Assembly (NCBI GenBank): GCA_043228905.1
Contig: JBHGNT010000003.1
Location: 25,420,001-25,484,000 of the forward strand
Source of the DNA: Azolla caroliniana
Lineage: Eukaryota; Plantae; Polypodiophyta
DNA: 64,000 nt
Reading direction: 5' to 3'
Made by a program: the position numbers and the translations under genes. This document shows positions 26,508 through 37,700 of this stretch, one piece after another; the first letter of the stretch is position 1, and every line of letters begins with the position of its first letter. Below the pieces are notes generated by a model. That model was not told where the DNA came from, searched no databases, and saw only the letters and a program-made list of their open reading frames with translations.

Positions 26508-29500
26508 TTAATTTGCTTTCAATTTTTGCAGTTCTGAAAGTGTGACGACCAAAAACCCTCGCTTCCTCAGATTTGGCAACAAGATTCGCAAAACCTATGC
26601 ATGACAAAGTTAGAAATTTCCAGTTCATTTCTTTGGCAATTTCTACAACATCAAAATATAGGAAATCATATATGTAAATGTATAAATGCTTGCAAATATA
26701 TCAATAATCACACTATATCCATGTTATATGTAGAGATATCACTAAAATGAGGTCACACTTTAGCAGTTTGCATTTTCTGAGGTCCTCGATCGTGCAAGAT
26801 GATGATTGCTCCATTATGTACCTATATTTCCACATATTCAATCACAAGTTACTAGTATTGAGGAGAAAACATCAAGATTACCCTACTATTTTTGCATATC
26901 TACTAGAGTACCCCATCACAGGACAGATTTTTTTTTGAAGATTGACGGGTATTCCAATAAAATTTGGTGATTTCCTCTTTTTAACTCATAGCTTTACTTG
27001 GGCTTTATTTGACAACTTTGTAATGAATATAGTTAATACCCTCCATTGAAGATACTTGGCAATATTTTCCCCCTGATTAGTGAATACAGTATCAAGAGGA
27101 AAGAGTGATCCGAGTGCAGTCCTGTAACCATGAGCCTCAACAACTTCAAGCATTTTCTTTGTAAAGAATCCATGACCCTACAATTAAATACACAATTTAT
27201 AATCATTTAGTTTCCAAGTACGGATTTCCACACCTTGATATATATCAAAGATTATATATGTACATGTGATGAAAACGAGCAAATTTAAAGAACTTGGTGC
27301 AAAATCATCATATCAAAATCACTAAGCTCACATAAAAAACCACATTTAAAATAAAACAAAATCTAGGTCATGTTTTTTAAATATAAGAAACTGCTGAGCA
27401 TTAAAAGGTACATGAGAACAACCATTTTTTTTCGAATATTTGGATGTCTACTTAAAACCCATTTCCCAACTGTTGGAATTTACAATCAGTTATTGAATAA
27501 ATCACATATATCTCCAAAACGAAATTTCTAGCAATTATGGTCTACAAGCATTATATACATTTTTTCAAACTATATCCCCTTCAAAATATATGCATTTTTC
27601 AAAAATGCTCACCAAAAGAACCACTTCTTCTTAATGTAGCGAATATAATGAGACTTTATACTCGGTCTTATTATACACATGTCAAATCTATTGAATGTAA
27701 TACAATTTTATGTTGAGAGGAAATATACACAGAAAATAGATCGCAACCCCTTTTAACAACTAGCTGACAAATATTGAAGTGAATGCACATACCGGACGAA
27801 ACCATTTGATTTTTCGCTGTGCAGAATCCTTGAAATAGAGATCAGTAAGTTGTGTATCAACTTCTAGCAACTGCTTTTCTAGTTCTTCCTGTAGATAAAC
27901 TTGGACATAAGTTTTAAATAACTTTCAGTCATTTAAACGATATATTCCAAGAATATAAGCAATGACAAAACAAACAATTGTTACAACATACAATAGGAAG
28001 TTGCCAACTTGCTTTATCATACATTGTATGATTTGCAACCTCATGGCCTACACAATAACAGAGGAGAGATTATGTATCTGCAATGTTATAGCGAAACCAT
28101 AAAACCATAAAATATCTCTTTAGGTAATAAAAAAAGTCATAAACCATAAAATTAGTTAACAAGATGTGAATATGTAACAATCACAATCAGAAGTCATAAA
28201 AGACCATATGCTATTCAAAATTATGACCATTATCAACCTATCAAAAACATTTCTGTACCTTCCGAGTGTATTTGCGCAACAAGGTCTGGACATTTCTCCA
28301 TGTGACTTCCAATGATGAACCATGTTGCCCGGCAATCGTTCTCCTTCAATATTTGTAAGAGCTGATTTAAGGGAAAACAATCAAGGAGTCATACCTGGCA
28401 TAATATCGCAACATAAGTTCATAATGAATAGGAATCCCTCCAAAGGTCACTCTGCTTTCACTATAACCAGAACCTAAAATGTACTGATTCGAATATTGCA
28501 AAATAACTTATTTCATATTGCCATAAATTGGTTAGAAATGGTTTCTACCACTAAACGCATAGTTGTATTTGAAGGATGGCCACTGATCCCAGGACTATAT
28601 CCAAGTCCAAAGCAATTAGCAAGAAGTCAAACATTATCACACTTACGAGAGATTGAGTAAACCATGGTTTTTATTTATGATAGTAAATAATTGTTGTGTA
28701 AACATGCACACAATTATGGAATCAATTGATTGATCAAGATCAAAATGATACCAATAACCAAAGATAACAAGAGAAACGATAATGGCACTATTTAAGCCCA
28801 AGAGAGCAGAAATAATCAGCATCAGTGATTGAAATATAAAACTCTAACCAAATGAGCAAATTATAATTGTATGAACATGCATCAATAGATTCACCTCTGG
28901 GGTAATATCATGATGAGGTCCATCATCAATAGTTAAAGCAACAACTCGATCTGCAAAAAGAGAAGCAGGAGAAGCAGCATTACATTACCTTTTACAAATT
29001 CCGACGTGAAATTCAATGAAAAAATCTTACAAGAAGATGATGAAAAATAAACATATCAAGATTATTATAAGAGAAATATAACTACCTGGTGTATGCTGGA
29101 AAAACAAAACTTGTGGCCAGTGTTTTTGTGCCCATCTTACTGCCCAAGAAGGCTGTAGAGCAACGCTGCAATTATAATTTAGAAAAGATTATAATTTCCG
29201 CTTCTGTAGCAATAAATTGATGGGTAGAATAGGATTTGACCGCATTTACCAGCACTAATTATGAGATTAATCCATTACTATATCATCAAGGTTCTCGCTA
29301 AGAAAGGAAATCTTGAATATCTAGTACTTGCAATCAGATCATGAAAAAAAAAAATCTGCTAGGAAAATGCCATCAAATTTTCTTCCACAAATATTAATCC
29401 CCAATGTGATTCACATTATGAACTAAATCAAAATAAAAACTTGTGCAAATCATCCATGAAAGTTACAATTTCATCCTTATTTGATCTAGCCAAGGCTCAA

Positions 29501-29778
29501 AAGCAACAATATATACATGTACTATTTACATATGATATACATATATAGTTACTCTAAATTACCTCTCATGCGAAACTACTTACCCGTTGCTTTATATATA
29601 AGGCATATTTCAAACAATGTTCAAATCTCTTATGAGCTAGTTTAAGTGCAGAGAAAATATACATTTTGAGTTCTAAGACCTACCTCACGCCAATATTTCT
29701 CGACCAAAAAGCACATAAACACCCAAACACATTGATACACACACACAAATAAACAGAGAGATACATGCATACATAATA

Positions 29779-29822
<44 letters not shown>

Positions 29823-30014
29823 TATCCGCATCATACATATGTAAATAGATGCATATATATAACCCATATACATACATACAAAGGCCCATGCATATACATC
29901 AACATATACAATACATATACGTATATTGAAGCAAAGGAAAGGAAAACGAGGGGCTTACGAGATCCCTGCCACAACAGGCAAAGCGAAGGATGCTGCAGCC
30001 AGAGCAGGAAACAT
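26508..30014 (-). CDS. Polysaccharide deacetylase, carbohydrate esterase family 4 (NodB homology domain), with hydrophobic N-terminus, 244 aa
   Basis: Nine GT-AG exons (30014-29959, 29165-29086, 28950-28895, 28361-28259, 28047-27992, 27888-27793, 27177-27040, 26821-26759, 26594-26508) total 735 nt with no internal stop. CE4 motifs appear in order: VALTIDDGP, ATWFIIG, GHEVANHTMYD, WFRPGHG, LGSLFPLD, GAIIILHD, RGFLVVTLSEL. Confidence 0.93.
29783..29821. repeat. (TA)n(CA)n microsatellite in deacetylase intron 1
   Basis: Directly visible; it explains the spurious ORFs 29680-29889 and 29685-29873. Confidence 0.9.
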
Positions 30015-31282
30015 GGGGGAGTCGAGAGAAAGGCTTAAGAGGGACGAAGATATATTATTGATTTTTAGACTTTAAGTGAAGACACTTGTTAATATTGGCC
30101 AAAAGGAAGTGAAAATTTTAACATACCATGCTTGCTTACTTCTTCTTCTTAAGTGACCCCTCCACATTTTAAAAGAGGCTTTAAATCGCTTGCTTGCTTA
30201 CTGTGGGCAGAGTTTAAACAAGCCTCCCAAATCTTTGATGAGGCTTCTAATTTTGATCCACATAGGGCTATGAAATACAATGAAATATTTGCATCAGTCG
30301 ATGTATGTTTCATTAGATATTAAATGAGACTTTCGGGGCATCCAAGACTTACACGTAATGCAAATTTGACTATGTATGGGCCACATGAATCGATAGCACA
30401 TAAGAATGAATGAATTTAAGTCATTCGCTTGAAATTTGAGCATGCATCTATACTCAATTCTTTGGATATTTGTCGTTTTATATTGAAAATCTATGTGTCA
30501 ATTTCCAATGATGCTTTTGAAAGGTCTAAATCAAGTTTTGGATGTGTGGCTCAAAGACTTGAATAAAACAATGGTTCACCAAAATGAATGGAACCTTAGT
30601 TGAAGTTGTATGCGACAAAACTCAACCATACGTATTCACATGTTGAACCTTAAACGTCACCCACTAAGACATCAAGAACCACAATGTTATACTACTATGA
30701 AAACAACAATAAAACCCTCCTAAAAAAATCCAAATGCCATAGCAAGTGTTTTGTTTCTTATTGGAAACATTAACCTCCGTTGAAACTTTGACAAAAAGGA
30801 TTCAATGTTCACTGGTCGCTATTCTTAAGCCCAATATGTCTCTGCATTTATGTATATTAACATTTTGCCATTCCCAGTTATTGCCACTAACCTTAAATTA
30901 ATATAATACATCAAGATCCACAACATATGAAAATTTCAAACCAAGGCATGGATAGAATACCTTAGTCACCTCATGATTTAGAAAACATAATTGTAGACTT
31001 TAACATCGAACAGAATGGGCCTCAGGTGAACAGCCTCCATAACCTTGTTATAACAAAAATATCCTCATAACAGTGGTTTAGCTATAAATAAGTTTTCATC
31101 GTCTTTCTAAATAGGTAAGCATATACTGCAATGAATCCTTGTATCTCACCATTGTTAACACAAATTTCAATGCTAATTCTTCTATTCTACATACGTTCAC
31201 ATAAAATTGTGTCTTACCACCAGCATCTAGATTTAATCCTTTCTTATATATACATATTTGTTTTTTCATTCATCTCATGAGT

Positions 31283-31728
31283 GATCCATTGTGCATAGCA
31301 TTGCATTTCACAGAACCAAACCTAATTCGGAAGAACAAAACTACATCAAATGGTTAACACTATACGTTGCAAAAACAAATGGGACACATTTTGCAACATG
31401 TCAATATGGTAGAACAACAAAAACATGAGCAATATAAGAGGGTGGCATTCCAAAAAGCCTTTTACAAGAGATCTAAAACAAACTTCTTTATGATACACCT
31501 TAGATCCTTTGTGCATAGCATTGCATTTCACGAAACTCCAAACCTAATTCAGAAGAACAAAACTACGTCAAATGGTTAACACTATACGTTGCAAAAACAA
31601 ATGGGACACATTTTGCAACATGTCAATATGGTAGAACAACAAAAACATGAGTAATATAAGAGGGTGGCATTCCAAAAAGCCTTTTACGAGAGATCTAAAA
31701 CAAACTTCTTTATGATACACCTTAGATC
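31283..31728. repeat. ~220-bp tandem duplication just downstream of the PUX stop codon
   Basis: gatccwttgtgcatagcattgcatttcac starts at ~31283 and ~31503, with a few substitutions and small indels. The ORF track shows the duplicated peptide SKVYHKEVCFRSLV. Confidence 0.95.
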
Positions 31729-31791
31729 TTGCGATACGTGAAAAAACATTGTACCCTCCAAAATATATATATATTGCTGCCTCTTCCTTTT

Positions 31792-34700
31792 TTAGTCCCA
31801 TGTCATAACCAACATCGAGTTTGCTAACCCTGCATCACCAATATTCACCTCTTTTTCATACTCCAACATTCCTCCTCTTACACCAGGTATGGTATTTGTA
31901 AGACGGAATGACCTTCCATTGCTTGCTTCCGCTACTTGTGAACAACAGAATGACCAAAGCAGCTGTGCAAAATCAAACAAAACATCTAGCAATGATCAGA
32001 AACGGCCAAGTTAGTAAGCAAATGTAAAGACAAAACTCCTTTTAATAGTACTTGCTTGATAATATTCCCACTCTACTTTGCCTAGAAATGATAGGTTCTT
32101 CTTCTGTAGTTCAGGAGTTTAACTCCCAGCCCCATCACACAAAACAGTCAACCCTCATTAAGAGGAAAAACAAATCAGTGTATCGTTAGTTCTAGAATGT
32201 GAAGGCAAACCTGAATGGGATCAGCTCGGAAAAATCGACGTTGGCCTCTGCTACCATCAGGAAAGCGAACTGCAACCCTACAGACAGTTGCATCAGCTTG
32301 CAACGGCTCATCCGGTAAAGGTGGATAAGTTCTTTTGAAACTAGGGCCATTGTCTTTCTCTGTATCTCCATCTGGTGAAGTAATATTACTGGCTTGTACA
32401 CTTTTGGAAACCTTTGTCTCTTTCACATGATCAATAGTGCCTTCTAAAGAAGCGGCCAATGCCAGCTTAAGCTCTTCATCTTCATCGACACTCAGCATAG
32501 CTATGATAGCCAAACAATGAAGTATAAGGTAAAGCTCTAAGGTATAGGAGAACAGAATATAACTTCAAATCAAGTACTATATTGTCCATTTTAAAGTTTG
32601 AAATTACCTTTAGGTGTTTCTACTGATACATAGCTTGATTCCCTTGGACGCTTTGGCGGTGGAAAACCAGCTTGCTTTTGTTCCGATGGTCCTCTGTCCA
32701 TGTAAGGTACAAGGTCCTGACAGTCAGAGATATGAAGAGAGCTCAGAATGCAATAACCTTTAGAAAACTTGTATAAGTTGGCCCATTCAACGTGACAACT
32801 AAAACTCCTTAATAGGAATGTTGGTGAATGAACGATATACATAATGCATGCAGAAGAGACTACATAAAAATAAAACATCATATCATAAGACGAGGTTTAT
32901 CATTGATAAGTATTAGAAACACAAACTTCTAGGTATACTACGTAGAAATTTCCAGATAACGTATGTACAATATAGAGAAATCCATCCAAAAAATCCAGAC
33001 AAACGTAAAATATAGCTTCAGTGTGCATAAAGACAAAGAATAGTTTATAGTAGCCTTAGATCCCAAGAAATTTACTAAAAATTATGCAAATATGCAAAAG
33101 CTACATAAAATAGTAGTGAAAAAATTGCAAAACGCAACATTATCAAAAGAAAACTGGATATAGCAATCAAAACTCAGAAGTACATTAAATGTGCCATATG
33201 CACACACAGATGTATTGAAAGAAAGTTCTATATTATTTTTCAAGCATGAAAAAATCTACATCCAATTGACCTAGTAAATCTCCCATCATGCAATCATTTT
33301 TCCCTCTTCCCAAATAAATATTACCTCCAAAAGACGTTCTGCACCAATCATCCCCTCCCATGCACGCATTTTCTGGCCAGTTATTGGATCAAGAATCAAT
33401 ACTGTGGGCATATTTGTTAATTTATAGTAAGTACAGACCTTCCTTCCTTCTTCCGTATCATCGTAAGCCTGTAAGATTCGTCACACATAACATGTCATCC
33501 AGATGGCATGATTAGCAATTAATAATCAATCAATTAATTTTCTTAGTTCTGGTGACAATCCACAAAGAAATACAAAACAAGTTTCATAAGAAAAGAAAAG
33601 AAAAACAAACCTGCCAAAAAATAAAAACTGTCTTGATCATATCCTTCAGTGTTTCATGTGACCAAGTATCCCGGTTCAACTACATCACAAGCACATAACG
33701 TCAAATTGCTAAAAAGCGATGGAGCATTCTAATTCACAAAGGTCTATAGCAAAAACAGCAACTGTATAGCTCGAAAACTCCTTTGTGGATTGCACATTTA
33801 CAAGAAGCCATCTTCCATGCTTAGCAGCTTCTATCTTTGCCTGTCAAAACAGAAGAACTGCATCTCAGCTATTTATTAGCTCAAATGTTATACCTTCATA
33901 ACACTATTTACATGCCATACTTGTTCAAAAGATCCTTGAAACATGAGCGTGAATGGGGGCCGATATAGTGCTGCTAGTGAGTCTCTATTCCCATCAACAT
34001 TTGGTAAAGCATTGGTTGAAGCATGGGAGCGAAAATTTGCCTCATCCTGAAAATTGCGGAATGCATCAACTGAAGTGGGCTGGTTTGAGCTCTGTGGCAT
34101 GCGCTGTGCTCTGGAAAAAAATACAAAAGTAGAGATAAAACTACCATGAACTCCATTATAATTCAACTACGCGTAAAAGGAACATTACCCTACCGATATT
34201 CAAAAATGTCTTCATATAAAGCCTCTCGTTTGACTGGTAAAGGTGGCCTCACATAATCATTACTTTGACTGAAGCAATGAGAAAATTGTTGAATAAAAAA
34301 GTTATGGGCATCAAACTGAAATTAAACTAGAAAAATAGAGGGAAAAAATGGGCATAAATAAAAGATAATAGACTAGAAAGATCAGACCTAGGGCCTAACT
34401 CAGAAGATTCTGCAGGCTCCTTCCAAGCTACTTCTGCCGGCGCATTTGCTTGAATACCACCACCTCCAGTATCATCTCCAGCATAGAACAGTTGTATAGC
34501 TTCCTCCAATTGCCAGCCTGTTGCCTGTTTACATAAAAAATATACGGAAAACAGCTCTAGATTCAAATTTCAAAATAGGATAGAAAAATCAAACTGGTCC
34601 CATTACAAAACACATGTAACTATGCTTCAAATATTTAACATCCAAGTGCTTAAGACAAGAATCACCTAATAAGACAATCCTTGCCAGGATGGAAACAGTC

Positions 34701-37700
34701 AGAAACTCCATGAAACGACTGGCGGGTGGTCTTCCATTGTGACTGCCATTAAAATACTATATGCTCAATGACATCTATGCATCTAGAGCTTACCTCTTTT
34801 CATCCTCTAATGCCGCCCATGGTATAGTTTCAAACAGTCTCCAGACCTTGAATGAATGGAAACCGAAATTGCTAGTTTCATCCTCTAACTCTAGCCTGAG
34901 AGAGCGTTCACAATTGCTAGTGAAAGGAGACCGAAATAACTACTTGATTTTTGTAATGATTGTCAATATAGAAAACAAGTGAGAATTTTTTGTTACTCGC
35001 GTGTGCTTACAAGAAAAACCTTTTAGATCTTGTGCATTCTGATATTTTAGCATTCCTACTAAATCTATGTGGGATGCTTTGTATTTTATTTCTTTTGTTG
35101 AGGATTGTTCAAGGAGAACTGGAGTTATTTCCTGAAAAGCAAAGATGAATTGCTTTTGCTGCATTAAAGTCTTTTCATGCTTTTATGACCACCCATACAG
35201 GTAAAATGGTAAAACACCTATATTATAGAACAGAATAGATTTAACGTCATCCATGAAAAGACCAATTTTGACCTATGGGACCAAATAAACCATATTATCT
35301 TGTATGTGACACTAGGAATCGGCAACGATTTGGTTTTAGCTTAACCGGATTGGGTTTGGTTTGCCTTCACCGATTTGGGAATTTTCAAACTTTGAACCAA
35401 CGCAATATACTTGAGCAATGGAAAAATGCATCTCCATAGATAGAGCCAATGCAAGGAAATGCAAACATGGGCAGGGATGGCCAAAGATGCCAAAGCTCAA
35501 GCTGGGCATGCTCGAGAAGAAATCAAAGCAAAAAGGAACATTAGAAGAAAAAGTCAAGAGGAAAGCTCATGCATCACATGTATGAGTGGTCGGTTTGGCT
35601 GAAAAAAGAAGCCCACAAGAAGTTGCCAAGAATCTTAGAACAAAGATCGGGGCATCAGATATTCCATTCACTTAAGAATAGAGGGTGGGAAGAGATGAGT
35701 CAAGAGCTAAAGCCCTCCCTGATCATCCACTTCATGGATATGGAAAAGAAAAAAGCTTTCCTTTTAAAAGAAGGGCACACAAAGGGGACAAAATAGATTT
35801 AGATGACAATCTCACTCCAACTCAAATGGCACATCGCAAGAAAACATGCCACGAGTGCTCAATGCAAGAAAGGAAGGAAAATGGGCAGGATATCAAGATG
35901 GTAAGGTCATTATTACAAAAAAGAGAGCTGCACAACAGTGTATGGCCTTTGAGACCTTATGCATGACTATATGGATTTGCCATGGCTCTCTAATGACAGA
36001 ACTTGGGCATTTTGAAGATATCTTCAAGAAAACAGATATTGCTATGTATATAGAGACCTATCAATGCATGGCTAGAAAACTCCCCAATGTACAAGGATAG
36101 AGATGGGAGTCAGTATATTGTCCCCAACCATAGACAACAGGAAGCACTAGAGGCTCAGGTAGAGTGGTTGTGTTGTACAAAAAGGAGCTCCATGATAGAG
36201 TGCATGTTGTGCATAAGGATGTAGATCCATGTTGTGCATAAGGATGTAGATCCAAGCACAGCCGATTACCTGGAAAAACAAAGTTCACTATTTGTATCTG
36301 GTAGACCTATTGGCTTGGTAGCAGATCATGCATGTCAGGGATGCACAAGGGATGTATATGCTAAGAAGGAGAGTGGGCTGACTAAGTATAGTTGTGTAGC
36401 ATTGATTTGTAGTTTACTCAAGAGACAATTTATGTGTATACTTGCGGGGTATATAATGGCATGCTAGATTTAAATCCTTTCACATCTCTAGATGAAATTG
36501 CACAAGGATTGTCAAAGTCATTGCATACAGCAACCCCAAATTCCTTTCCCCACACAACAGGCAATGGCCCCAAACTTGGTAGAATCGTACAAAATACTTG
36601 GTATGATGAGGAAGGCTGTTATACATGGAGATACTTTGCAGCGTAAAGTAACACAGGATACACATAAAAAACCGAGTGCAACCTTCCAATGCCTCTGTTG
36701 AAAATGCAACTTGTTCTCACATAGCAAGATCACTTAGAAGACTTGAGGAAAAACCAGTAGATGATTGCAAAGATGTAGAATGGTTTATATAACCAATATC
36801 TATAGGTAGCTGGAAACCCAACAGTCACTTAATTAGGTTCACACTATTCTAACTATGTTCACACCACCCAATAGTCACTTAATTAGGTTCACACTATTCT
36901 AACTATGTTCACACCCAACAGTTACCTAACTAGGTTCATACTATTCTAACTATGTTCACACCAAAGTTTTCATAGGATACACAACAAGTGTAACAGCCTC
37001 GTGAGGAAGAAGAAGAGATTGTATTTAGCTAAGTTTGACGATCATTTGTATCACTTTTTCCTAGGGCAAGAAAGTAAAAAAGCATGGAAAACATTAAATG
37101 AGAGGAAACCTACCACAACTGACCTCACCTCAGGTGAGGCATGAATATGCAATGGTACTATACATATCCCAGGGCAGCCTCCACTTCCTCACCCACATGG
37201 ATCACACCCACATCCAGCTTTTTTTATTCTACAAAATGTAAGAAATGCCATTGATCAGTTACAATTTGGGAAGGCCCAGGATCATGATGGATTGGTAGGT
37301 AGGCACTTTATCTATGCCCATGACATTTTGTTCCCGTTGCTAGCACACATCTTTAATAGACAAATGTGTGAATGTTTCCCTACTGGATGGTTAGAACATA
37401 CCATTGTGCCAATCCTCAAGTGCCGAGACACCATGATGCCAAGCAAGTATAGGACAATCATGATTGACCATTACTTGGCTAAATTATATGGTTCAATCTT
37501 AGAGACTGAATTGAGTATATGAGCGCAGGGAAATGACTGCCGTTCAGCTGGACAGGCAGGCTCTTGGAAGGGGTTCACAACTTTGGATCACATATTTACC
37601 ATCCAAGCCATTGTTGAGGAGAGCAAAGCCCATAATAAGCGGATTTATTGCTGCTTTGTGAATTTCCAAAAAGCCTTTGACCTTGTGCCGCATGCTCAGC

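Noticed and set aside
28156-28380. 74-aa ORF overlapping deacetylase exon 4
   Set aside because: Wrong frame; the spliced frame LLQILKENDCRATWFIIG carries the CE4 motif.
12729-30014. GDSL esterase plus CE4 deacetylase as a functional de-acetylation gene cluster
   Set aside because: They are separated by TFIIB, lie on opposite strands, and IAH1-like esterases are ubiquitous; there is no evidence of co-regulation.
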